The notes under the pieces were generated by a model. It was not told where the DNA came from. It saw only the letters and a list, made by a program, of their open reading frames with translations, and ran no database searches. A stretch of DNA of 64,000 nt from Octopus bimaculoides (lineage: Eukaryota), in NCBI RefSeq assembly GCF_001194135.2, contig NC_069001.1, positions 34,901,042 through 34,965,041 of the forward strand, in the 5' to 3' direction. The position numbers and the translations under genes are program-made. How positions within the stretch are numbered: position 1 is the first letter of the stretch; each line of letters begins with the position of its first letter. Of the stretch, positions 27,035 to 40,083 are shown piece by piece.

Positions 27035-27595
27035 CCTTTTTATTATGCCAAGTTGTCCTGTAAGTTGGGTCATTAGTTAATATATATTAAGTCTGTATGT
27101 GGTATACATTCGTTTGTGTATGTATGTGTGTGTGTACGTGCGAGAGAGAGAGAATGGGTTTGACTGTATTATCTCTTAACTTGGGTCTTTCAACGGATCT
27201 TTACAAGACCTCGTTCGTTTGTTCTTCAGTCTGATTTTATATACATCAACAACAGAAGACCCGCTGGAAATAGTAGCCACGATTTTCCCACAAAGAAAAA
27301 TTAAAGGGAAACTTCTTCCGTGGTAAAAAGAAAAGGAAAAGAAAAATGCGACAGACTTGATCAGAGACTGAACTGGTGTCGTAAGTGCATTGTGTGACTT
27401 GGGTAAAAGGACGGTTAAGATCTCGGCCGGAATGTCTTTGATGATAAGTTTTCTTGATCAAGATTGACTTGGGGGCTAGTCAACAACAACAACAACAACA
27501 GCTATGAAATAGTTGATTGTTTAGTTCCTTGCATTCATCGTTCACCTTTATTATATGAAGCGTTGTAATCTTTTATGTTAAACACACTGATACAT
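27035..27595 (+). repeat. Diverged local duplication, copy 2
   Basis: Shared anchors GGGTCAT..AGTTAA, CTTCAGTCTGATTTTATATACA, TAGCCACGATTTT, CTGAACTGGTGTCGT, GATGATAAGTTTTCT, AAGCGT.GTAA.CTTTTATGT. Confidence 0.8.
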
Positions 27596-28189
27596 ACTCC
27601 AGTATGGCCTTAGTCGTTTGTGATGGTTAAAACAAAATAACTGAAGAAAATACGTACACAAACAATATACTCTCGATTTACCGGACTAATAGAGGAGAAG
27701 GTTTGTTCATTAATGCCCTAACGTCCGTTTAATCGAAGTTACGAAGCCCGTTTTTGTTTTCTTTTGCCTTTTTTTTTTTTTTGATAAAAAAAAAAGAGAG
27801 AAACTGGCATAAATACAATATATATACGGCAGCACAAAACAATATAAAGTTATAATGACATGAACTTTTTATTTCCCTGTTGTTACACTGTATATAGTTC
27901 AAGAAGTGGCACGTCGTAATCATTATTTTTATTAATATTCGCCCTGTTAACTTCGTTAGCACACACACGTATATATGTAGAGAGAAAGAGAGAAACGTAT
28001 ACCAACAACCATTATTATTATATGTCTATAAGTTTTTATTACAAAGGTACTTCTCTCTCTCTATCTTTCTCTGTCCTTCACACACATTTAACCGAGGAAG
28101 AAAGAGAGAGAGAGAGAGAATGAATTAAAAACCTTTTAACCTGTCGAAAGTAAAAAGGAAGCCCTTCGCTGAACTCACACTTTCTCCAT

Positions 28190-28221
<32 letters not shown>

Positions 28222-28400
28222 CACTCAAATTTGAAAGAATAAACGTGTATATTCTCATACACGCACACATTATATGTATAATGTAGACATTCAACTATTG
28301 TGATCATATTGGGACAATCTGATAAAATTATCCGTGATTGTAATAACCGAATTCGTAATATATATAACTGCCGAGAAATGAAAGTATTCGATTGATTGCC

Positions 28401-28457
<57 letters not shown>

Positions 28458-28792
28458 GCACACATGCATATATACATATATATATACATAGCCAAATCTC
28501 CGGGTACCTATGCAGAATTACCAAATATTATATCTTACCGTGTGTGTGTGTGTGTGCGTGTATTAATATTATGTTACGTATTTGTGTTCGATCTCGCTGT
28601 GGCCCACACTGGCTTTTATAATCACTCAGAGGTGAATTGAATTACATATCAAAAGTACCAGCAGCTAATGTGAACATCGATTCAAAATCAATACGTCTTT
28701 TTGTAACTGTAAATAAACAGCCTTGTGCCAATGTAAACAAATCGATATTATCAAATCTCACACATTGCGCTCGGCTATTAAAGAACAACTTA

Positions 28793-28829
<37 letters not shown>

Positions 28830-29090
28830 CCTGTGCGTGTGGTTTAAGAAGCTTGTTCTGCAACCGGTCGGTTTCGGGTTCAGTTCCACTGTTCGTCACT
28901 TTTGGCAAGTGACTTCCACTGTAGTCCCCGGTTGACCATTTCCTTGTAAATGAATTTGGTAGACGGAAAACTGTATGGAAGCCCGTCGTATATATGATAT
29001 ATATTGGTGCCTGTGTGTGTGTGTGTGTGTCCCCTCCCACCACTTTTCAACCGGCGTTGGTTTGTTTACGTCCTCATAAACATAGCGGTG
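28830..29090 (+). mobile_element. SINE B, diverged
   Basis: GTTTCGGGTTCAGTTCC..TTTGGCAAGTG..TTTGGTAGACGGAAAACTG..TTTGTTTACGTCC. Confidence 0.75.
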
Positions 29091-29119
29091 CTTAAAAATT
29101 TTTTAAAAATGATAATAAC

Positions 29120-29338
29120 AATCCTTTCTACTGAAGGCACAAGGCCATGAAATCTTGGGGCAGGAGACTAGTCGATTATATCGACCCCAGTGTTTCACTA
29201 ATACTTAATTTATCGACCCCGAAAGGATGAAAGGTAAAGTCGACCTCGGCGGAATTTGAACTCAAAACGTAACTGCAGACAAAATATCGCTAAGCATTTT
29301 TACCCGGCGTGCTGACGATTCGGCCAGCTCGCTGCCTT
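29120..29338 (-). mobile_element. SINE A copy, full length
   Basis: The reverse complement matches the A consensus from head to tail. Confidence 0.9.
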
Positions 29339-29669
29339 AATAATAAGTCCTGCATTCTATTTGTTCATGGCGTTGCCCCAGCATGGCCACATTCAGATGA
29401 CTGAAACAATTAAAAGATGAAAGACACACACACAGATATACATACATACACACAGACTCACAGACACGCATACATGACATGATTACACACATAGACAGAT
29501 AATGATTAAATAAGAAGGGAAAAAGAAAACGGTGATTAATTAATTCATTACATCCGTTGCTTATTGTTTTAGCCGGTGCTAAATTAATGAGTACCATTTC
29601 TTCAGAAGGTGAACAATTTTATAAATGCTGAAGAATTTCATAGAAAGTATTTAAATATTGAGAAATGCC

Positions 29670-29706
<37 letters not shown>

Positions 29707-30010
29707 GCGTAGCCATATTGTCTACTTGATAACATCAAAGGCGCACATCAGAAGCAAATAATGCTATATATTTATTATGGACGTATGTGTGTTTGTATTT
29801 ATGTGTGCATGTATGTATATACATATTTTTAAGTATTGTATATAAATATATATTTAATTACTCTTTGAAACGACTGGGTAATTTTATAAGCAATATTTAC
29901 TTTAGTTGTAAAATTATCTATAAAAAAGTACAATGCGACTTCGACAATATTGCGTCTTATTCCGTCTTTTCTGTTCGCGATTTGAACTCGGAATACGAAT
30001 CGTATAGAAA

Positions 30011-30045
<35 letters not shown>

Positions 30046-30065
30046 AAACGGTTTTCTAAAAAATC

Positions 30066-30684
30066 TTTTACTTGTTTCAGTCATTAGACTGCGGCCATGC
30101 TGGGGCACCGCCTTGAAGAATTTTAGTCGAAAGAATCGACCCCAGTACTTCGTATTGTTTGTGTGTTTGTGTGTGTGTGTGTGTATGTGTGTGTGTGTGT
30201 GTGTGTGTGTAAAGCCTGGTACTTATTCTGTTGCTTTCTTTTGCCAAACTGCTAAGTTACAGAGACGTAAACACAGCGACATCGGTTGTCAAGCGGTGGT
30301 GATAGGATAAACACATACACAAAGACACACACACACACAGGTATATATATATTAGCGTGAAAGAGAGATTTACAATATAGAATTGTGATAGGACCCTAGC
30401 ATTGGGCCCTGCCGTAAGAATACTTGGGAGTTCTTCATCAATCTAAATAATACTGTTAGCCTGGTGGGCCAACAGAGGGCTTATGGTGTATTTTGCCCGG
30501 ATTGATAATCCCTCACTATTAGTTAATATACGCGACGGACTTTCAGTTTCCGTCTATCAAATCCACTCAAAACGCTTTGGTCGGTTTGGGGCTCTAATAA
30601 AAGACACTCGCCCAAGGTACCACGCAATGGGATTGAACCCGGACTCGTCGTTAGGAAGCAATCTTCTTACCACACAGCCACGCC
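30066..30684 (-). mobile_element. SINE B 3' module (30066-30330) and 5' module (30533-30684)
   Basis: Both modules match other B copies; about 200 bp of unrelated sequence lies between them. Confidence 0.7.
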
Positions 30685-31058
30685 TGTTTTTTCTTTTCCT
30701 TTTTTTTTTTAATGTCAAGTTTTAATAAAAACAATTTACCATTAAATTGAAGAATTACTAGAAACTGTTTTGGTACTGTACATGTTTATATTAAACTTTA
30801 ACAAGAAGGCGAGTGACTGTGACTTCGAAGTATCCGCCTGCTCGCCTTCATCGGACATGTGTGTGTGTGTTTATACGTTCGTATATCTGTGTGTGATTCT
30901 ATATATGCTGCCTGGATACACAACTCAGGATTGCCCAGATGAATTTCCGAAAGCTAGCAAAAAATTCTTGCAAAGCAGCAGTGTGTGCTAGGAAATAAAC
31001 CTCTCCAAAAATGAAAACTTCGGTAATAAATATTTAAAAAAAAAATACTGTGTGTATA

Positions 31059-31093
<35 letters not shown>

Positions 31094-31295
31094 NNNNNNN
31101 NNNNNNNNNNNNNNNNNNNNNNNNNNNNNNNNNNNNNNNNNNNNNNNNNNNNNNNNNNNNNNNNNNNNNNNNNNNNNNNNNNNNNNNNNNNNNNNNNNNN
31201 NNNNNNNNNNNNNNNNNNNNNNNNNNNNNNNNNNNNNNNNNNNNNNNNNNNNNNNNNNNNNNNNNNNNNNNNNNNNNNNNNNNNNNNNNNNNNNN

Positions 31296-31570
31296 CTGTG
31301 TGGTAAGTTAGCTTGCTTACCAACCACATGGTTCCGGGTTCAGTCCCACTGTGTGACACCTTGGGCAAATGTCTTCGGCCGACCGAAATGAGTGTGTGTG
31401 TGCCCTCACCATCGCTTGATAATCGATGCGGGTGTGTTTACGTCCCCGTAACTTAGCGTTTCGGCAAAAGAGACTAGGCTTACAAAGAATAAGTCCTGGG
31501 GTCGTTTTGTTCGACGAAAGGCGGTGCTCCAGCATGGCCGCAGTCAAATGACTGAAACAAATGAAAGAAA
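31296..31570 (+). mobile_element. SINE B with internal deletion
   Basis: Head, CCTTGGGCAAATG and full tail present; the GGATTTGGTAGACGG segment is absent. Confidence 0.85.
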
Positions 31571-32158
31571 GAAAAAAAAAGCGGTAGAAGCGAGCAGTCC
31601 TGAAAAGTAATCAAGTGATACCGCATGGCCGAATGGTTTAGGAAGTTAGTTGGCTTTTTAGTCATGCAGGTGCTAGGTTCGGGCCCTAGTTAACGGCTTC
31701 GTGGATGTATCTTGTTTTACTTTTTTTTTCTCATTGCCTCGAGTTACGTAACCCAGTGAGAAGACTTTGTTACAGCGTAACCGAATGATTAAGAAGTTAA
31801 ATTTGATTTGCTGCGAGCGAAGGCCCTGAATTCGATCTCGTGTCTCGGTATCTGCAGTGTATCTGTTTTCCCCCTCCTCGCCCATGGCTTCCAGTCAACC
31901 TGAGCCTTGTGCGTTAAGATGGATACACGGAAACTATGCGGAAGCCCGTCAGATTTGTTGCGTCTGTAATACAAAAGTCCAGTTTTGTCATAAGCTGTGC
32001 CACGCTGGTTCTACTTGAGAATTATGTTTAAGGTACACTTTCTAATTGGAATAATACTCAGTCTCTTTCATGAGAAGAGCTGGTAGATTTATTGAACGAA
32101 TATCTGAGCACTCAGCAACGAAACGGGTGAGGATCCATTTATGTTCCAATATTCGTAA

Positions 32159-32257
<99 letters not shown>

Positions 32258-32688
32258 TTTAGATGGATAGATAGATTGATTGATTGATTGATTGATAAGA
32301 TTACTCGATGGACAGAATGATAAACATATGCAGACGATCATCCATTGGGCGATATCCAATGCAAGATAGATCGATATCGAATGTCTAATGATTGATTGAT
32401 TGACTGATTGATCCAATTTGTAACTGGATTTCACAACCTTGTTTTATCGAATCCATCAGCGATTTTTCTTTGAGGAGTGATAAATCGATAAGCGACAACT
32501 TCCGATTGATCTCTCCTTCCTATGACACAGCCCTTACCATTACCACCCCATTGTGACTTTTAGCGATCAGAGGAATATGGCCATATGATAATGGACGTCA
32601 CAATACGAAACGACATATTGTCGATGCGAAAGGATATGAAGATCTGTGTCGCCTTACGCATTGATACGAAGAGCTTGGTGATACGAAG

Positions 32689-33078
32689 AGTTGTTGTTGG
32701 CACTCCGTCGCTTACGACGTCGAGGGTTCCACTTGATCCGATCAACGGAACAGCCTGCTCGTGAAATTAACGTGCAAGTGGCTGAGCACTCCACAGACAC
32801 GTGTACCCTTAACGTAGTTCTCAGAGATATTCAGCATGACACAGTGTGACAAGGCTGACCCTTTGAATTACAGGCACAACAGAAACAGGAAGAAAGAGTG
32901 AGAGAAAGTTGTGGTGAAAGAGTACAGCAGGGTTCGCCACCATCCCCTGCCGAAGCCTCGTGGAGCTTTTAGGTGTTTTCGCTCAATAAACACTCACAAC
33001 GTCCGGCCTGGGAATCGAAACCGCGATCCTATGACCGCGAGTCCGCTGCCCTAACCACTGGGCCATTGCGCCTCCACA
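32689..33078 (-). mobile_element. Full-length tRNA-derived SINE D1 with 11-bp TSD
   Basis: The minus strand has a tRNA(Arg)-like head (TGGCCCAGTGGTTAGG A-box, GGTTTCGATTCC B-box), a body and a (CAA)n tail. Perfect direct repeat GTGATACGAAG at 32678-32688 and 33079-33089. Confidence 0.9.
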
Positions 33079-34706
33079 GTGATACGAAGCGACATGAAGT
33101 TATACAGTGTGGCACGAAGTGCTTCCACACTGTGGATTAACCATACGAAGTAACGCATGATCACAATGATAACAATTAGGATGTCACTCTAGTTCTTCTG
33201 TCGAACTTTGGCCGGAGATGGAAGGACATTTATACAACTCTCACGAGGAATCGCGGCCAGTTGGTACCGTTTTCGGCAGCATAATCCACGATATTTGCGA
33301 TTGTTGCCCATGTTATCTCTGCGTAGTAAAGTTATTGGTTGTTGCTGTGTAATCCGAAATGAGTCCTGAACGAGTAGGCCTGTGGTCAAAGACGTTCCAA
33401 CCAAAACACTGTTAAGCCAGTCGGGTATAACTCGAAGGAGATATGGCTATTGTTTTCAGCAGATACAAAGACGGATGAACGCCTTAATATGAAGTGTAGT
33501 TTGAAACTGATACGAAGATATGAAACAATGTTATGAGAGGTGATAGGAAAATGTACTCCCTGTGAGGCTGTTAGGATATGAGTTGAGGAAGATTTGGCTG
33601 TTATTTCTAGCGGGACGAATGATCAATTAGAAACTTCCTCGTTAATAATGCGAGGTGTTGCTAACAAACGCCGTTATACGAACGAATTATGGTTTGAGAC
33701 TCTACATCGTGGTATGATGTGATACATAGTTATTTTGTTTCTTATTCTCTCTTGATTCTGGGTTCAAATTCCGCCTCGGATTTCGGACAGTCAGCTAAAA
33801 TATCAAAATGCTTAGCAGTATTTCGTCGGCTTTGCCTTTCATCCTTTTGAGGTCGATAAAGTAAGTACCAGCGAAGCACNNNNNNNNNNNNNNNNNNNNN
33901 NNNNNNNNNNNNNNNNNNNNNNNNNNNNNNNNNNNNNNNNNNNNNNNNNNNNNNNNNNNNNNNNNNNNNNNNNNNNNNNNNNNNNNNNNNNNNNNNNNNN
34001 NNNNNNNNNNNNNNNNNNNNNNNGAGTTCAAATTCCGCCGAGGTCGACTTTGCCTTTCATCCTTTCGGGGCCGCGACTAGCCCCCTCCCCAAATATTTAA
34101 AGCTCTGTGCCTTAGGTAGATAGAAAGGATTATAATTATTTTTTAATTCTGTGTTCAAATTCCGCCACGGATTTGTACTCAGAAATAAGTAAAGAACGAC
34201 GTTTACCTTTCATTATTCTGGTAAAGTCGCTGAACAATAAACACTGAGTACTCATCAAAAATTGGAGAGTTTTGTCGTCTGATTGAATTGACGACCTTAT
34301 TATTTCCCATTCGTACGGTCTTCTTCGTAAGTTAAAAATCGATTAAGGGATGACACATTCTGAAAATTGGTCGAGCATCAGTTAAAACAAACAAAAAAAA
34401 AAAAAATAAAAAAGAAAGGCCTTGCGGTATATAGTTACGGCTCTTTATGTTCCGAGTTCAAAACAAGTCAGAATCGATAAAACAAGTACCAGTGATTACC
34501 CGAGGCATTACATTTTTTTTTTATTTCCCTCGTCTTAATAAAATGGCAGCAATGATAGGAAGGAAGAAATTGGTTGTATTCTAATGATTTCCACGTTCAA
34601 ATCCTGCCCGGGGGAGCTCTTTCATATTGTAACCCTTTGGGTGGGAAGGAGTCGATATTCTAAGTACCAGCTAAGTACTACTAGAAGTCGATTTTATCGA
34701 CTGGAA

Positions 34707-34740
<34 letters not shown>

Positions 34741-35853
34741 ATCTGTCTGTCTGCATCACTTTCTCCCTTTCTCTCTCTCTTTCTGTATGTGTGTGTGTGT
34801 GTGTGTGTGTCTCGCTCTCTCTCTCTCTCTCTCACTTTCTCTTTGTGTATGTATATGTACACATGCTTATCTTCGCTTTTATCTCTCTCTTTCTTCCTAT
34901 CTCAACATCTCTTTCTAATCTACCTGCATCTTTTTCTATACATTTACATGTCTGTCTCTCTTTCTCTCTCTCTCTCTCTACCTACCTATCTATCTATCTA
35001 TCTGAATGTGTGTGTGCATGTTTAGTCTTCACAGCTTCTCTCTGTCACCTCCCTCTCTCCTCCCTCTTTGTCACCCTCTCAAATAAGTCTCCCCCTCTAT
35101 TTTTCAAATGTCTACTCTGTCTCCTCTCTTCTCTCACCACCCCCACTACGCCATTCCGCCACTTGTCACCCTCCCTCGCTATGACTAACTTATACCATTT
35201 CTTTCTTTCCTTTCTTTCATTTTACCGTCTCCACCCCCCACTTCTATTTAATAAATATATTTGGTTAACCCACTCACCGCCTCCATCGTAACAATAGTTT
35301 CTCCCCACTCCCCATCACTGCTAACATCATCATCACCCCCACCCCACCGCCATTCATAGTCTTTCCGCTCCCACCGTCACCACCACCGTCATCATTTATA
35401 CAACTTTGTCTGACGCATGCACACATGCATACACACACACACACACACACACTTTTGATGGGATGGTTGGTTTTTTTTTCATCAGCCAATCCAGTTGTCC
35501 CAAGACCGGGTAGAGTTGAAGAACTCTTTTGAAAGAGACGGAAAGAACGTGAAGAGATTGAGTAAGAGGGGAAGGACGGGAGAGAAAGAGTGACAGAGTG
35601 TGTGTGAGAGAGGGAGAGTAAGTGCGAGGGGGGGAAAGCTAGAGAGTGAATGAGTGAAGGAGAGAAAGAGAGAGAGAAAAAGAGAAGAGAAGAAAGAAAG
35701 AGCGCAGAAAACAACTGAACAGACAGCAGACTCTGTGGAATCGGTAACAACAGTGTGTGGTGATTGAACAACAGTAAATACACACACAAACTTGTACACT
35801 CGCTCATATATATACATAATTCCATATATCTTTCTATCTATTTATCTATCACG

Positions 35854-35916
<63 letters not shown>

Positions 35917-36552
35917 ACTAACACAATATTCGGAAGAATTGAAAGAAAGAAATGAAAATTTATGAAAGAAAAGTAACTGTTAATGCATAAAAGCCACAAC
36001 TTCCTTCTAGTCTGCTGTTAAAAGAAAAACACGGAAACAAAACATAATAATATCTAAGCAACAATATCTTCGCTTATCAGTGGAGATTTATAAATAATAT
36101 CGCCAGCCGAAGTAACATGTTGGATGGAACCGGCGTCCACGACTCTGTTATTATGTTGATTACATTAAGTAGCTTATAAAGAAAGTATTGTGTGTTTTGT
36201 CATCACTAGGATTATGATGACGATGGTGATGAAGATGATTACAATGATGAAGTTGACAAAGTCAGTGTTGTTGGATGTTACGATTATTCGAGTTACGGAA
36301 TTTTAATACGTTCTAAAAGAGGTAAACCATTTTCATACGTCTGCACACAAACACACGCATACAAGTGAACTTATCCAAGTGAACATTTGTGTTTGTCTGT
36401 CTATCTATTTATCTATCTATCTATCTATCGATCTATCACTATTTCTCTGTCTATCTATCTATGTATCTATCTGTCTGTCTGTCTAGCTGTGTCTCTCTTC
36501 GTTTCAGTCAGCATAAATTCTTTTCCTGTATCCGAAATGTGTGTGTATGCGG

Positions 36553-36621
36553 AACTTTTACAAGGAAAAAGTTGACACTGGCTTCGAAGTTACTGTCAAC
36601 TTTTTTTCCCTTGTAAAAGTT
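36553..36621. repeat. 69-bp imperfect palindrome centred on CTTCGAAG
   Basis: AACTTTTACAAGGAAAAAGTTGACA-CTGG-CTTCGAAG-TTAC-TGTCAACTTTTTTTCCCTTGTAAAAGTT. Confidence 0.9.
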
Positions 36622-37329
36622 GAATAAACGTGTACAGTACTAAAAAGATTTGAGTAAGAATTAATTTTAATAAGTGATTTTTTTCATAATATAACTCGAC
36701 ATAAAAGAAAAAAATTATATATACATACCTAGATACATATACACATATATACACACATACAGATATATGTAATTACACGTATAGAATGTATTTGCGGATA
36801 CATATGTCTGTGTGTGTGTGTGCGTTTCCCAAGTTATCGAACAGGAAAAATCAAAGAAAAGAAGAATTTCACACACACACATACCTCTACTTTTATTGAG
36901 AATTTATAGAGAACTTTCTCCTTCAATGCAACAATCTGGGTGTGTGTGTGTGTATGTGTGTATATATATATATATATATAATTATTACAATTAAAAGGGT
37001 AAAGGTTTATCAATTTATTAATTTATTAATAAATCAACAATTAATAATTTTTACCAAGCCCTTCGGTATGTAAACACCATTATCGGTGGAGAACTTATTT
37101 AAACGTTCTTATACATTTATAAACATAATTAAGGGATCAGCAAACATTTGCTTCACCACATACCGAAGTTCAGAAATAGCAGCTAAAAAAGCTGAGACTC
37201 NNNNNNNNNNNNNNNNNNNNNNNNNNNNNNNNNNNNNNNNNNNNNNNNNNNNNNNNNNNNNNNNNNNNNNNNNNNNNNNNNNNNNNNNNNNNNNNNNNNN
37301 NNNNNNNNNNNNNNNNNNNNNNNNNNNNN

Positions 37330-37365
<36 letters not shown>

Positions 37366-37553
37366 TATATATATATATAGATATCTTTAGAGAGGGAGAG
37401 AGTTATAGTGACGCAGACAGGGCAAATAGAACTCAAAATATGGATATATGTATATTTTTATTAATATTTTAGCAGAAGTAACAGGCTGACTCGAGGTTTG
37501 GGAGTTTCGTGCATTACACACACACGCGCATACACATTTCTTTAACATGAACA

Positions 37554-37632
37554 GTAGTGACACTGGCTTCGAAGTTTCGGCCAACTAAGTCGTCATTGGA
37601 CTGGCCGAAAACTTCGAAGTTACTGTCAGTAC
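37554..37632. repeat. 79-bp hairpin related to the 36.55-kb palindrome
   Basis: TGACACTGGCTTCGAAG-TTTCGGCCA..loop..TGGCCGAAAA-CTTCGAAGTTACTGTCA. Confidence 0.9.
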
Positions 37633-38289
37633 CATTCATGTTATAAAATAATTCTGTACTCTACCAAATGTATTGAATAATACTTCAGTTTAATGTAAAA
37701 GTGTTTTTATGATAACTTAAACACACACACACATACATGTCTACATTATCAAGCTATCTATCTATCTATCTAGCTAGCTATATATTTTTCTATTTATCTG
37801 TTGGTCTACCCTATCTATCTATCTGTCTGTCTATTTATCTATCTATCTAGCTAGCTGGCTAGCTATATATTTTTCTATTTATCTGTTGGTCTATCCTATC
37901 TATCTATCTGTCTGTCTATTTATCTATCTGCCTATCTATCTATTTAATATCTATCTATCCAACACAAGCATAGCGAAGCTAACCAGCGAACAAACTGCAA
38001 CACACACACACACACACACACACCGATATGCATTGCATGCTCCAACGTTCAGCGAAAAGTGTGCAGTAAACTTGATAACTTTTTGATAAACTTAAAACAC
38101 ATCTTTTACGTCAATTGATATTTTCATCTCGTGTATATTCGTTTTGTTTCATTTGATACGTTATGTTTAAACGGTTTTCAAAACATCAATATAATAATAT
38201 ACATACATCAATTTAATCTAGTTATCTTAATAGCTATTGATTGAAGGAACGGAAGAAAAAACTGTTTTTTCTCCATCTCTTTCTGTGTG

Positions 38290-39066
38290 CGAGTGTGTGT
38301 GTACATACATACATCATACATACATACCTATGTACGTACGTATGTATACACACACACACACACACATACACACACGTAAATATATACATATATACGAATT
38401 AAAATATATAGTTACGCATATATCTACGCACACACATGCATGTATTTGTATATATGTAATATATATATCTATGCATATATATGTGTGTATATGTATTGCA
38501 TGCATATATATGTAGCTATACACTTGTATATGAATGTTATATATATATTTATATATACATATATATGTGTGTGTATACCTACAATATACATATATATATA
38601 TATTGTAGCTATTGTATGTGTCCTTATATATTGCATATATATGTGAAAGTTTGTATATGCATATATGTTTATATGTATTAAATGCGTATATGTAAACTAT
38701 GTATGAGTGTGTGTGCGTATATATATAATATACATATACAGACGCGTAAGTATATATATGTATTTGTGTACACACATACATACATATATAATATATGCGT
38801 GTGTGTGCACGTATTATAGTAAATACATGTTCGTACATATGTATATATGCATAAATATATATATGTCTGTTTAAGCGCGTGTGTATCCTATATGTATACA
38901 TGTGTATATACATTTATATATATATATATATATACATCTATATACATCTATATATAGCTGCATATACGTACAATATAGTTATGCATGTATATGAATGTAT
39001 ATATATATATGTGTGAGTCTTTCGATATATATATCAATAGTTATACTGTATCGGGCTATGTATGAG

Positions 39067-39110
<44 letters not shown>

Positions 39111-39240
39111 CCGTATGGTTATATGTATATGTATGTACATATGGAGAAGTGTGTATGCGTATATTTGTATACGTATGTATGTACGCATAATAAATAGTAA
39201 TGTGTGTATAATCATATCTGTGTGTATAATCATATCTTAG
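38290..39240. repeat. About 1-kb degenerate (TA)/(TG)/(CA) low-complexity block
   Basis: Alternating purine-pyrimidine dinucleotides; one of many such blocks in the window. Confidence 0.9.
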
Positions 39241-39914
39241 ATATGTTTAAATGCATGCATGAACATTCACGTATTCGCGCATGTTTATACATCTATACAC
39301 CTTTCTTTATCTTATATATATTTATTTGAATAGCTTACCTCTTCATTCTCTCTCTTTCTGTCTTCCTATCCATCTATCTATCCTTTTGTATGTCTCTTTG
39401 TAATCTATATATGTGTGTGCATTTAACTAGATCTATGCGAGTGTGTGTGTGTGTATGCATGTGTATAGACCTCTATTGATCTTTTCATAGCGATCTAGTA
39501 CTTTCTTTCTATCAATGTTATAGTGTTGCGTATTCATTACATAATCTCTCAACTTATCATTTCTTAATAAAACTGAACACAACGTCATATCGAGTCTTGC
39601 CCAGGCCCATCGAGTGCCGGTTTCGAGTCGTAGTTTCACGACGTTTTAGTTTTACTTTTAAGGTCATTAAATATTTCATGTCTTGCTTCAGAGAAAGGCT
39701 TCGATCAATGCCTTTTTCACAAGGCTTCGGTAACTGGCAGCGATGTACAAACAAGTTATTCATTTTATTGTGCCGTTGCTGAAGGCAAGAAAATCGTGTC
39801 TTCTCTTAACGTTCGCTATTAATCGAAACTAACTTCCGGTGTTTTCGGATCAGATCCGGCTTTAAACCAGGTTTGATTCCCAGGTATTTGCTATTTGATT
39901 CTTTTGGAGCTTCG

Positions 39915-40038
39915 GCAATTTTTCGGTATCAGTAGACGACGTCATTCACTCACGCACCGTGCCCTCGTGACATAGATTTTAAGAGGCTAAGGTGAGTAAG
40001 AGGGTGAATGACGTCGCCTATTAATACCGAAAGATTGC
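39915..40038. repeat. Inverted repeat, 37-bp arms, 50-nt spacer
   Basis: 39915-39951 versus the reverse complement of 40002-40038: 32/37 identical, and all five differences are transitions. Confidence 0.9.
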
Positions 40039-40083
40039 TCATTTCTTTGTTTTTGTAATCTCTGAGGTGTTCATTACTATTTA

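Noticed and set aside
33000-33078. tRNA-like sequence (also heads of families A and B)
   Set aside because: No complete acceptor stem or terminator; it is continuous with a SINE body and TSD, so it is a SINE head and not a tRNA gene.
33189-33420. CpG-containing segment with WNVFD..TNN on the minus strand (MULE-like hint)
   Set aside because: Motif spacing is wrong, a stop follows, and there is no further transposase similarity.
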